Source: Carcharhinus longimanus
Taxonomy: Eukaryota
Assembly: GCA_030264375.1 (NCBI GenBank)
Contig: JASCQW010000001.1
Location: 112,833,132 to 112,897,131 of the forward strand
Length of the DNA stretch: 64,000 nucleotides
Direction of reading: 5' to 3'
In this document: one piece after another, positions 11,546 through 24,015 of the stretch
How the letters are laid out: each line of letters starts with the position of its first letter
How positions within the stretch are numbered: position 1 is the stretch's first letter
Made by a program: the position numbers and the translations under genes
Notes under the pieces: generated by a model
Database searches by the model: none
The model's input: the letters and a program-made list of their open reading frames with translations, nothing else
What the model was told of the DNA's origin: nothing

Positions 11546-12632
11546 AAGTGTTTGAAATCATCACAAAGAAGAGCTTTTAAAATTCAAATACAATTGCTGC
11601 CAGTTGCATGGGGCATCCACTCCAAGAATATATTTCAGAGCAAAAGTCTGTGGACCTCAAAGCACTTTATCCACAGGGAAATCAGTTGGACCTAAATTTC
11701 TAATGAGAGTTCCTGAGCTCTGTGCCAGATGTTTAAATTCATAAAATCTATTCTTAATTTTCTGATTAGTTTTATCTTTCACGCATTTATTTTACTAATT
11801 CAATTTTCTTTTATTTACACAAATAAAACCAAGAGAGGCTAACCATACCTCTTTACTACCCTCAGTTAAATAAGGTATTCCCTCCATTTATATAACTTAA
11901 TTGCAACCCAGTCTTTCTGTCCCAATTTCACAACAACATTCCTGAATCTTGGAATAAATGCAAGTATAAAACTTGGTCCAGACAAGATTCACAAAGAAGT
12001 CTCAGAACCAACAGTTCATTTGGTAATCAAAAGAGTATAAGGAAACACTTCTGGAACATTGGGTGTTGGTTAGGAAGGAGGCAATCACATGTGATGTTGT
12101 ATTTTGTAAATAAATCAAGTGCCAACCTAAGAGATTAATATCTTGTTTCCTACTTCACCATCTGGCTTTGAAATGAATTAACAGATTGATCTAATTTTTG
12201 ATTTTTTTAAGGAGCTAGTTTGCTGCTTTGGAACATGTTCCAGAATGCTGCTAGCATGTTATATTAAAATGGATGTCTTCAGTATTGTGACCAATTTCTT
12301 CCTCCCACCTAGATTTATGATACAGCTTATTGAAAGGCAGACAGATGAACTGAAAGACAGGGACAACACATCTTTGAGTTGAAAGCAAGTTTCATCATAT
12401 CAAAAATGTGCCTCAATTTCACAATTTCAAAAGTTCTAGCCCCTGATCTTTGGCTACTCTATTTTCTCACCACTTAGTTTGACGTTAAAATATTGTGCAT
12501 TTTGGTCTTAAAGGGCTTCATAAATGTTTATAATAAAGAGACACCTCATAAGAAGATTGTAGAAGAGGTATCGATGGAATAACAGTGGCTGTTTCATCCG
12601 CTCTCCTTCATTTGTTTCATTTCCACAAACAA

Positions 12633-12983
12633 ATAGAATCATAGGATCTCTTCAGTGCAGAAGGAGGCCATGTAGCCCACTGAGTCTGCACTAACTTTCT
12701 GACAGAGGCCCGAGCCCTCTCCCCTATCCCTGTAACCCCACACATTTACCATGGCTAAATCATTCAAGCTACACATGTTGGGACACTAAGGGGCAATTTG
12801 CCATGACTAACCCACCTAACCTGCACATCTTTGGACAGTGGGGGGAAAATTGAGCACTGGAGGAAACCCACGCAGCCATGGGGAGAACATGCAAATTCTA
12901 CACTGTCACCAAAGGCTAGAATTAAACTCGAGTCCTGGCACTGTGAGGCAGCTGTGCTAACCATTCTCCTACCGTGCTGCCCC
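12633..12983 (-). mobile_element. HE1-type V-SINE, full length
   Basis: tRNA-like head GGGGCAGCACGGT..GGTTAGCACAGCTGCCTCACAG; V-domain TTTGCATGTTCTCCCC..GCGTGGGTTTCCTCC..CCAAAGATGTGCAGGTTAGGTG; CR1-like tail CTCCTTCTGCACTG..ATGATTCTA. Confidence 0.9.
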
Positions 12984-14039
12984 CACAATAGCACCCAATG
13001 TGGTTATCATTTAAATAAAGAGGAAAAATTGCTTTGGACTAATTTACTGATGTGCAATGCACTTAGAACAATGCTAAAAGCTGCAGGCTAATTCCAAATA
13101 GAGTCTCAAACCTCATTTGATTAATTTTGTGGCATACTATGGGTGGTGAACAAGCATCCAGAGGCAACTGTCTAGCAACAGTTGTCTGATAGGATGAGTG
13201 AGGATCCATGGTATTGTTGTGGAACTAGGAGCTGCAGAATCTATTCATCCTGCTCCACACAAGAGGTCAGTTAAAGAAAACTAAAACCTCCACCATTTTG
13301 TTGGTAATCTCCCAGGGATGTGGTTAGGAAATAGAAGAGCTAGGGATGACAGAACATTTCCCAGCTAAATATCAGGGCACATCTGTGACCAGAAATCACC
13401 ATGAAACTGCTTCTTTTTGTCCTCAATGTCTTAGTAGGTTCTGATGGCTCTAATTTCACAGTGCTGTACTTAAAATATTACAAATTGCAGTATTTTATCT
13501 GACACATCTTCAAATATGAGCTGCCACAGCATTTCTTAACTTTTACCCTTTACAGTTATTAAAAGCAACTTTCATTTAGTATCTCATTCAACAAAAGGGT
13601 CAAGTCCCAATTCTGCTGATCCAATTTTGATCATGAAACTTGAACACAAAGTAAGAAAAATAAAACATGGTACAGCTGGCACGATGCATATTTGGAAGAA
13701 TGCCATTAGTCATCAAGATAAAACTTCGAGAAACAAAATTGAGAATCACTGGAGTACAATAAGAATTATGTTTCGACAGTTGATTAACTCCTTGAAGTGA
13801 ATTGTACATCCATAATGCATACTGAGTACTACTGATACTATTTTCTCTGGCCAACTCACAGCTAGCAGTTGAAAACAGGTCAACTTTACCAGTTTTATTT
13901 GGAAACTGAATTGAAAGTTACATTTCAATGTAATTCATTATTTCTTGCTTCAGATACATCCAACTAAACCTAATTAAACTCCCGCTGTTATTTTCACTTA
14001 AAGATCCAGAATATTTGCGACATCGAAGCTAAAATGGTG

Positions 14040-14755
14040 AGGGAGGATTTTCCGTCCCTGTCCACTGCACGTGCAAATCCCAACATGGCCAGAAGCTCTC
14101 ACAAGAGAGTCACAACAGGATTTGGGCCAGGGAGATCTCAGAATGAGATATTTTCTGCTCCCAGAACCTGATAGAATGTATTTAAATTAAGATCGGATTG
14201 GATGACTTAAAGCGATTTCTTCTAGGAATGTTAGATGGCAGGAATTGCTACTGCTCTGTTGCAGTCGAGGTGACCATAGCAGGGGAGTGAAGCCAGTGCT
14301 GCCTCAGGTGGTCAGGGACATAGCTGTGCAGTGCCCTGACACAAGAGCAGTGCCAAAGTGGAGCAAGGGGCAGGACCACCAGGCAGACCCATAGCAGGGT
14401 TCTCATTATGTGGGGTTGACCCAAACCTTTAGTGGTTGGAAGAAAGTTGGCCCTCTGCAGTACAGGGTTGAGGGTATTCCTCTTGTTTGCTGGGGGCAGA
14501 GGGGTTCCTGATGTTTGTTTATGAAGGGCTGTCTCGTCACTTTGAGATCGATGCCCCGATCTGTGTGGAGCTGGTCTTCCCAGCATCTTTAGGACCCATC
14601 TCTCAGGTTTAAGGGTGCAATACACACACACACACACATTTTTTTTTTCAGGGTCAGAAGATCCGGAGAGAAAACCTGCGCATTTCTCTCAGGAGAAACA
14701 CACCAATTTTCATTCAGAACCTGACACTTTGCCATTTTGTAAGAAAATTCTGCCG
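14040..14755. mobile_element. Non-autonomous TIR element (Harbinger-like)
   Basis: Left GGGAGGATTTTCC, right GAAAATTCTGCCG; GC-rich interior similar in style to 10734-11545. Confidence 0.55.
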
Positions 14756-16474
14756 ACAGCTTAGAAAATTAAAATCAACACTGCATTCACAAGATAGTCC
14801 TTTCATATAAGCACAGATATGATAAAGAACAGGCAAAGTTAAGACTAGTCTTCTTAATGACAATGTTCAATTATAATATATCCAAAAAGTCAGCTACTAA
14901 TAAAGTTTAATAGCTTTATTAGTTAATGTCAAAATGCACACTAACTGTACTGTTCTAGCACAGCAGAATATACCCATCATACTCCACTTTAGGTCATGAT
15001 CCAAGTTCTTCCACTCTTGACAGGTACAGAGCAAAGGAACTTCTCAGAGCACTCACATGTCACAGTTAGTGCTACGGTGACACAATTACCTGGGCTGAGT
15101 GTCTATGGGCCTCATTTCTCAGCTGGCGTATCAAGCAGTGCAATCATACCAACAGAAGGAAGAAGGTAAAAATATACCAAAACTTAATGTCATTGCAAAT
15201 ATTGTCACAGACTCACATTTATCTGCCACCATTTCCAAATCTCTGAACTGACTGCTGTTAGGAGACTGGAATTTATGTCTTGCAAGCCACATATCCCTGT
15301 TAGCATTGCTCATTTATGCATAGCTTGAAATTCAGCAAACCGACAAATCTTCACTCCTCATTTCTTCAGTAAACTTGCAGCATTAATTATTATGATTTGT
15401 TCTGCTACTGATAAGGCTGACTAATCATAAAACAATATTCAATTTTTGTTGCTGGATGACTTAATAACTTAATTAAATAGGATCACTGAAAACAATGTTC
15501 TGTTCCAGAGTCACATGCCAGGTTAGTGCAGATCACAGCTGTTCAGCAGTGTTCGTTATATTTGGATACATACTATTCATTGTACACCATTTTCCTTCGT
15601 AGCTTGAGGATTATACATTCCTCCTAATTCATCTCAATTAATTTGTCACAATTTGAGCAAGATGGCAGAAATTATGTGCCGGAGCTAACGCCTGGCTGCA
15701 TTTTGGGTTGAAATTTATCCATAGTGCACAGGTTTCTCATGTCCATATTGGGGGCAAAAAGTATCAATTTCACAGGAATCTGTACTGCACGAAAGAAGTC
15801 ACTAGAAAGATGATATTTAGGCATCTCTGGCAGTCCTCCAAAAAAATGCGTTAGGTCCCTTGCACGTTGGTAATCAGGGGTCTAATGCTCATTTCATGAC
15901 CCAGAAATTCAGCAGCAGTAAGCAATACATGCACTGAGCATGCTGCAATTAAGCTTAATTTAAAATAAAATAGTTTGAAATATTAGAATGCAATGATAAA
16001 CAGAGTGGAAAATGTGCTATATTTTGTAAAATAGCGAGCAAATTTAAAAACATATGAAAGGTTCATACTAATTAAATAGACATTCAGTAGTGATTACTGT
16101 TAGTGAGAGCAAAATTTGACACCTCCCAAACATTGGTATAGGGTCCACATTTCTCTTCAGCTAATGATATTCAATGATAGAGAAAGAAATGGGAATGATG
16201 GAGATGGGTGAATTGGAGTCAAAACAGGTACAGAAAGAAATAGAGTGGCTATGATTTATGCTATGATAAGAGCATAATTAATAATAAGAGATAATAGCAT
16301 AATTAAGCATAAAGTGAAAAACCATCTTTCTCATTGGTGGGCTCTTAACTAAAAATGGGGAGGTAGGGTCATAGCAGGAGATCACAATTTCATTTTTTTT
16401 TAGTTCCTTCTATATTTTCTACTTTGCTTAATTTTGTTTTGTGTTATTAGCCCTGCACTTGCCATTATTGTTTT

Positions 16475-17465
16475 TATTTGATTTATTGCCATATGTACTG
16501 GGATACAGTGAAAAGTATTGTTTCTTGCGTGCTATATAAGCAAACATACCATTAAGAACATAAGAAATAGGAGCAAGAGTAGGCCATCTAGCCCCTCAAG
16601 CCTGCCCCGCCATTCAATAAGATCATGGCTGATCTGAAGTGGCTCAGTTCCACNNNNNNNNNNNNNNNNNNNNNNNNNNNNNNNNNNNNNNNNNNNNNNN
16701 NNNNNNNNNNNNNNNNNNNNNNNNNNNNNNNNNNNNNNNNNNNNNNNNNNNNNNNNNNNNNNNNNNNNNNNNNNNNNNNNNNNNNNNNNNNNNNNNNNNN
16801 NNNNNNNNNNNNNNNNNNNNNNNNNNNNNNNNNNNNNNNNNNNNNNNNNNNNNNNNNNNNNNNNNNNNNNNNNNNNNNNNNNNNNNNNNNNNNNNNNNNN
16901 NNNNNNNNNNNNNNNNNNNNNNNNNNNNNNNNNNNNNNNNNNNNNNNNNNNNNNNNNNNNNNNNNNNNNNNNNNNNNNNNNNNNNNNNNNNNNNNNNNNN
17001 NNNNNNNNNNNNNNNNNNNNNNNNNNNNNNNNNNNNNNNNNNNNNNNNNNNNNNNNNNNNNNNNNNNNNNNNNNNNNNNNNNNNNNNNNNNNNNNNNNNN
17101 NNNNNNNNNNNNNNNNNNNNNNNNNNNCAGCCTCCACCACTTCAACGGGCAGAGAATTCCAGAGATTCACCACCCTTTGAGTGAAGAAGTTCCTCCTGAA
17201 CTCCATTCTAAACTGCGCCCCCCCCCTTATCTTGAGGCTGTGCCCTCTAGTCCTGCTGTCCTTTAATGAAGTACATAGAGGAAAAGGAATAGGATAAGGT
17301 ACCGAATATAGCTAAATTGTAGCGGAAGATCTGCTTAATATATGATAGGTCCATTCAAAAATCTAATAGCATCAGGGAAGAAGCTGTTCTTGAGTTGGAT
17401 GATACATGATTTCAGACTTCTGTATTTTTTCCGATGGAAGAAGTTGGAAGAGAGCATGTCCGGGA
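16475..17465 (-). mobile_element. Rex1/Babar 3' end (16475-16551 and 17262-17465) split by a CR1 insertion
   Basis: GATTTATTG..CAGTGAAAAGTATTGTTTCTTGC matches 1257-1306; continuation CAGGGAAGAAGCTGTTC..TCAGACTT matches 4027-4070. Confidence 0.75.
16552..17261 (-). mobile_element. CR1 LINE 3' end (young family), mostly gap
   Basis: MEFRRNFFTQRVVNLWNSLP motif; 3' UTR near-identical to 3026-3113. Confidence 0.9.
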
Positions 17466-18782
17466 ACATGATTCTCATTTAAGTCTCATTAATTATACTT
17501 CATGTACGAGGATTTCCAGCTTTTGCTGCACCTCTGTTTCCTGTGGAATGGCTGGTTTGCACCAGAATCATAGTCTGGTTGAAGATACATCCACTATCAT
17601 ACCTATCAATTTTCCTTGTAAATTTATTGAGGCACGTTCTCAAATTTCATGGAAGTGATTTACTTTAAATCAAGAACATTGATCTTTGGCTGTTGCCTCG
17701 CCGTTTCAGTTCTTATAATCGATCTTACTTGTGTTCTGCTTATAACTTCTGAGGTTCCCCTGACCCTTACCTTACCCATTGCTCCACTTTATTTTCCTAT
17801 GATGGAATCAAGGATCATCTCAAATTGGTGGGCTAAAACCTAAGACCCTTTCTGCCGATCATATTACTGTTATCTCAATCTACAGATAATAAAAGTCAGC
17901 CCTGATTATGGTTCAATCCTTTAGGTATATTCTCTTATTCTGCTACACATCTCTTTCCTTACTGTTTTCTACAGTATAGCTGTCTGTAATGAATGCCCAA
18001 CAGAACAGCATTTCACTTCAAATTTCTTAATTCCGATCAAATACTTGGAACATATTTACAATATTTCATTATATAAAATCTTTAGTTAATACTGTTTTAA
18101 TATTGTTACATCATGTCCAACCTACAGAAAACAGTCCTTATAGCCCACCAACTTTATGAAGAACACCATGTACTTCATGCATTTGTATGCAGAGAACTCA
18201 ATAAGGCCTGTGTCTCTTTAGGACTTTTGCTCTTTTGAATCTCCCTTCTTGTTCTGTTTCCTCATGTTGATCTGTTTTTTTTCTATTATGTTTATTCTAC
18301 ACCTCTCACTCATTTTGCTTCCTCTCTGGTTTCCTTGTCTTGTTTCATTCACCTTGCTCCAATCGAGTGAATGGGCTTTTATAAAAAACAGAAAGTGCTG
18401 GAATTACCCGAATGAGCTACCAACCTACTTCGGGACAAAAGTTCAAAATCATTATAAAGAAGGATGTGATATATTGGAATCCGTAGAACTATAGGCTTGC
18501 TGTCAATGCTAAGTCTTGCTGATAAGTGAAGTAGAAAAGTGTTGTGAGGTAGATTGGTTACCAATTTGTTCTCCTTCGCTGTGGGAAAGTGCTTCACCTC
18601 TATCTGGCCCTTCCCGCTTGGCATCTTAGCTGATGAAAATGATGATGCCAGGAATTTTAGTCACAAACCCAAACTTGCCACCCTCCTTTTGCAACATGTT
18701 CAAGTACTGGGCAATGCCATCATGACGTCTTGGAGAGATTTTGTTTTATCGTTATAAAATCATAACCAGATTCTTTAGAGGA

Positions 18783-19170
18783 CAATAGAAATGGAAGTAA
18801 ACATTCAGCCCTTTGAAACTGTTCCATTCTTAAGATACATTTTGGCTGACTTGTACCTCAATTAGAAAGACCTACCTTATCCACTGACAACATTATCTAA
18901 CAAAATATCTATGGATTTCAGTCTTAAAAATTTCATTTGATCCAAAGGTATACAATCTTTTGAGACAGCAAGCTCCAGGCTTTCAGGGGTCTCTGTGAAA
19001 AGTTCTTTCTGATTTCAATCTTAAATTATCTTGCTCTTATTTTATGATAGTTAGGATTGCTCAGTTAAAGGACATTGATTTTCGGCTCATGTTCCTTTGT
19101 TCCTGGACTCCCTGGAGTCTCTGACTAGAGAAAATAGTTTCTATATACTTTTCGTATTGAATTCCTTCAT
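18783..19170 (-). mobile_element. Old CR1 LINE 3' end
   Basis: CAATAGAAATGGAAGTAAACATTCAGCCCTTTGAAACTGTTCCATT resembles the reverse complement of a CR1 3' UTR; heavily decayed. Confidence 0.5.
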
Positions 19171-20359
19171 CAGGACCATTTTTGACCTGTCTGCGTTAAC
19201 AACACAATGGAAAACAGCCTTGGTTATGTGTAGTCGAACAATCAAATAAACTCCCACATTTCTTTCCTGTGTTCTTTTAAATATTTACAACTAGCAAAAA
19301 CATAATGTTAAAGCAGCATTAGATACAAATCAGCACAAGAACTGAAATGTGAGCAACGGGAATATTTCATTGCATTGCAACTGGTATACTTCAACAGGTT
19401 CCTGCCCTCAGGCATTGCCATTTGCCCCAACATGATTCCTTTCATATGGATATAGTAACAGAACAGAACAGGAATGTAAACTTGCTTGCTGTTATTTTTA
19501 GCTATTTAAGAATTCAGTTCTGTTCTTTCATCTAAGGATGTGCACATTGAGAAGCTCAGTATTTACCAAAATAGTATATTGGTAATACTTTCTGAGCACA
19601 CACATCACTTATTTCTGATGATCTTTAAGTCTAATGTATGAAGAAGAAAATTTTCCAATCTGGCAAAATGACATTCAGAATGGCTAAGAACTGGTGTGCA
19701 AAGCTAGCTGGAAGTGCAGAGCTTCATAAATCCAAGTCTTTTTAACATAAGTGTCTCAGCTCATACAAGTTTGATCTTGTGCCAAGAGATAGTCAAAAAG
19801 AAATTGGAGTGTGGACTGGGGCTAGAAAATTGCACTGCTGAAATTTAAAAAGATGTTGATGAATAGCGCATTCCCTTAAAAATGAATAACTGCACAAAGG
19901 AGATTTAAATTCCTAATGTTCTTGGAAAGGCTCGAAAAGCTTTTCAACCTGGTTTTAGCCTTTGCCAAGCTGAAAGGAAGAGGAAAAAAACACAAGGCAA
20001 AAATCAAATGAAATCAATTCCCATATGGCGACATGAAAAGGAACTTGCAGGCAAGTGCCAGCCCAGCCCAGCACCAGTCCCAGTTTGTTGGCTGGCAAAC
20101 TGTAACACATGGTTATAATGCATGCTCAGTTTGTCATTTCAATTTACCCTCACTATAGGACAGCACTGTTTAGAAGGACAGGAGGCAGTTTTAAAGGTTG
20201 ACCTTATTGATGCTGTCATTGGCTATGCCACCCATCTAGCTATAGATATCCTTACAGCATATAATGAATGATTAGTATTTTCTATAATGTTTTATTCAGC
20301 ATTTATTAAATGTATTCAGCCCTTTTCAAGAGTCATAGTTAGTGGACATGCCTTGATTT

Positions 20360-21590
20360 CAATCTTATGACCCATTGAAACAAAGGAGGGCCATTCATTA
20401 GCCTAGGCTGCCCATCCCTGGACTAGATTTCCAGTACCAAGTTGGGTAGCTTGGGTTGGAAAATTTCCCAACTCATCAAACCTTGCCTCAATTTAACAGG
20501 CCCCAATAAACTTGTTTCAGGCGATGGAATAAAGTCAGGCCTGCTGACCTCATAAGCAGACCATAGGCAGCCACAGTGGCAAAAGATTGTTGAGATGGGC
20601 TGTTTAGAAAGCACAGCCTATATCTCTAGGATTTGGTTCAGATGTTTTAAAAACTGTTTGACTCATCAGCCTCACCACTCTCACTTCATCACCCAACCGC
20701 CAACCCCATGCCCTTGCCATGTCAAATCATGCCCCTCCCACTCCATGGTACCTAATACTCCCTTGTCATCTCCATGCCAACTAATACAGTCCATTCAGTC
20801 CCTTTTCCTCCTCATACCTCCATGCCATCCACATAGCCAGAGTATCTACCATGGGCAGTTCTCAGCAACTGTGTGGAGATTTTAAAAATGAACTGCAAAC
20901 AATCTTATACAGCTTATTCATATACAATTGATAGTGTAAAAACTCCAAGCCATGAAACCCATTGAAAGTTTTTAAACTTCAAGTGGTTGATCTGCTACAA
21001 GAACAAATGCACATGTATTCAGTAGCCATTAAAGACAACTAATCCTTTGATAGTGTCTTTAAACTGTCAAACTGTAAACTCAGAACCGCTGCTGAGATAG
21101 TACATTTGTAACTTTTGAAACACAAAAAACATTCACAATGAAATAATAACAACCATTGTGAAGTGTCAATAGCTCTATTTAAACAGTTTTTTAAAAATCT
21201 ACACCCAATGGCCAATCAAGGCAATCACGCACACCAGTTTTTCTTTCAAGCTATAGAGTAGGGAATTTTAAAAAAACTTCAGATCATGACACAAACATTC
21301 CTTATCAATCTATTCAAGAGTATTTACATTTACTCCATACATTACAGATTCCTACACTGTGGGTTAAAGCCCTTGGAACAGGCAAAATTGGGTCCTTTTG
21401 AACTAAGCATCAAGCCAAAATGACCTCGTGAATTTGGGTTTACCACCTGCACGAATCATGCCCCTCTGTGTTCTGCCAGTTGACATCAATCAGATCTGTT
21501 GAAAATTGAATAAGACTTCCGTGTCTGGGTCTCACCTGTATATGCAAAAGATTCAGCCTCCATCAACATCCAATCCACTGTGGATAAATT
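20360..21590. mobile_element. Large degenerate non-autonomous element (same style as 31770-32919 and 61270-62130)
   Basis: CCCCATGCC-rich block at 20690-20860 followed by an AT-rich TGTCA/TGACA block, as in the other two loci; boundaries approximate. Confidence 0.4.
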
Positions 21591-21795
21591 AAATGCTGAG
21601 AGAAGCACAAATGACTATTATCTTATGTGAAGTTCCAGACAGTTCTCATCTACTGCTAAAAAGGATCAGCCTGCGATTAATAAATATAATACTAAGCATT
21701 AGAAATGATGAACAGTTTGTTTCTATATTGGGTTAAAATTCACTAACCATCTGACTAAAGCAGGTTAAAAAGTCACTTGTCATACTATAGACACA

Positions 21796-22525
21796 AAACA
21801 GAATTCTCCCATTTTGGGACCAAGTCCCAGGGTGGCAGCAGGAATGTGGAATGCCTCCTGCTGTGGAGGCTGAAGAGAAAACGTTCCAAAACCTCCCCTC
21901 CAACCTCATTAATTATGCACACAGATGTCATGTGTTGTATTCCTTGGCATGGCAGGCCTGATATCTGGCTACCTTATTGAAAAGACATACACATTACTGA
22001 CCAATTATTGAAAGAAGGTGGACCTCTTGAAAGTGAAGGTGGATCTCTAGGGACGTTCTAAGGCTGGTAGATGGACCCCCTCAGGACACAGTACCTGGAA
22101 GGTTCATCTGCAGATGCTCTCCCACCCCACTGCTGTAGTTTGAGACAAGGGTTGCAGATGTTTCCATGTTGAACTCAGGAGACAGTTTCAGGCATTGTTC
22201 AGATGAGTCCTGACATCTGCATGCCACATTGTTCCAAATTTGTTTTGCAACAGTATGCTTTCCTGCCAACACTGTGGTGAATCCAGCATGGGGGGAGGGG
22301 GCAGCCTTTATCTGCATCCCATTAATAGGATGCAACTTGGTTTCCTGCCAGCCTGTGATGGGTTTTCCAACTCACCATGGCGGGCACCAGCAGAAGACTT
22401 CGCTGTAAATTCATACTAGTGTGAAACCAATTTATGGACCTTCTGCCTTATTCTCCCCCCCTCCCAATGCCTGCCATCGAGTCCACCATTGAACCCACCA
22501 GCAGGACCTTGAGAGAATTCCACCC
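21796..22525. mobile_element. Non-autonomous TIR element (Harbinger-like)
   Basis: Left GAATTCTCCC, right GAGAGAATTCCACCC (inverted); GC-rich interior. Confidence 0.6.
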
Positions 22526-22640
22526 ACAGAGATGCAGGAATTCAATTATTTAAAACTTTTCAAATTCTTTATTTTGAAACTGTTCCATCAATTGTTATAA
22601 CAAATTGATATAATAAATTGGGTGAGGAGATCTGCAATTC

Positions 22641-23514
22641 TGTTATGCTTCTCGATGATGAGCGATAAGCAGACTCCCATTTTTTTTTCAATCTCTGTTG
22701 TTGGTCACAACAAAGATTTATTTAGAATCCTTCCCCATAGATACCTTTTCCTAATCCAAATGCATTTACTTTTTATAAGCAGCCAATGAAACTAGGCTTT
22801 CTCAAGTGAAGGCACACACACATCAGAAAGCAGAAGTTACGAGTCCAAATAATCAAAATAAAAGTCCTTGGCTTGTCTCTCTGGCATAGATGGTGGTATG
22901 TTGTGGCCATTAAGTTGGTTAACTTCAGTAATTTTACAGATTCACAATCTGCTGGAGGTAACTGTTCCAGAAAGAAGAGGTGACCTGCTCAACTCCACCG
23001 GGCTAACTGAAGAAGCTGTCCTGATTCTTCCTGCTTGCTGGCTCCAGTGAGAGACAGAGGACTTCTCATTTTTCGGATTTCTTTCTCTCACTACTAATTT
23101 AGCCAGTTTTTGACTCATTTCTGCGAAAATAAAAGTCAGGTCTTGCACTAATCTCAGAACTTTTTACATATTCCAAAATATGAATCAACAGGGATGGAGG
23201 TTTCTGAGTATAGCATGAAATGTTGGAAACATCCCATTGTCTCTCTAATACTGGAAATTAAGGCATTTCTCATATCTTTCTTTCAGGTATGTTTAAAATG
23301 GCCTTGATGCCACTTCAGGAGCAAAATTCTATGCCTTTCCAGAAAGGTCTTTCAATATATTCCACACAGAAATTTTCCACAAAGCAGTCACTTTGCCTTA
23401 GCAGCCATCTTTTGGTCAGTGGATTTACTTATATGTCTTTAAAAAATAACAGGTCTTCTTTAATTTTTTTTATGCCCATATGTACTTGGTGATCTGGAGT
23501 CCACTGTCATGATA
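22641..23514. mobile_element. Possible solo LTR
   Basis: Begins TGTTATG and ends CATGATA (near TG..CA); minus-strand AATAAA at ~22716; no convincing TSD. Confidence 0.3.
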
Positions 23515-23529
23515 GCTGATATAAAAATA

Positions 23530-24015
23530 GATCCCCAAAGCCTTTCCACCACCTACAAAGTAGAAATCAGAAGCATGGTTGAATACTCTCTGCTTGCTTG
23601 GTAGGTGTAGCTCCAACAATACTCAAGACATTCAACGTCATCCAGGAGACATCATCAGCATTCCACATACTAGATTCATAATCTGGCCTCTCCAGTATCA
23701 GCTCAACATGGCTGCAGTATGTACAATCTACAGGGTGCCTTGCAGCAATTTGCCAATATTTCTTTGGCAACATCACCTAAATCCATGAACCACATCACCC
23801 TGAAGGACAAAGGCAGCAACTGAATGTTAACATATTAACTTCCAAATATTCCTCCAGGTCACACTCATTCTGACTTAGACTGATCAAAAACCTGAAACTC
23901 CCTGTCGAAAGCATTGGGAGAGTGTATTCATCACATTACTGTTCCTCCACCTTTCCTAGGAATAGGCAATAAATATCAGCCTTGTCAGCGACACCCATCT
24001 CCCAGAATGAATAAT
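23530..24015 (+). mobile_element. CR1/L2-group LINE RT C-terminus and 3' UTR
   Basis: LSTTYKVEIRSMVEYSLLAW*GVAPTILKTFNVIQ resembles the LSTIYKAQVRSVMEYS..AW consensus; homologous to 28978-29440. Confidence 0.75.

Noticed and set aside
12900-12983. tRNA-like A/B box sequence (also ~45490-45570, 55850-55905, 59570-59632)
   Set aside because: These are SINE heads attached to V or Deu domains, not tRNA genes
13600-13928. Hydrophobic minus-strand frames suggesting a receptor pseudogene
   Set aside because: No GPCR family motif could be matched; AT-rich DNA gives hydrophobic translations by default
16532-17266. Several 180-224 aa ORFs
   Set aside because: They are long only because they span an N gap; the flanks are CR1
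22942-23148. Minus-strand ORF after a good acceptor (MSQKLAKLVVRERN..)
   Set aside because: Falls within an LTR-like repeat and the peptide is unrecognisable
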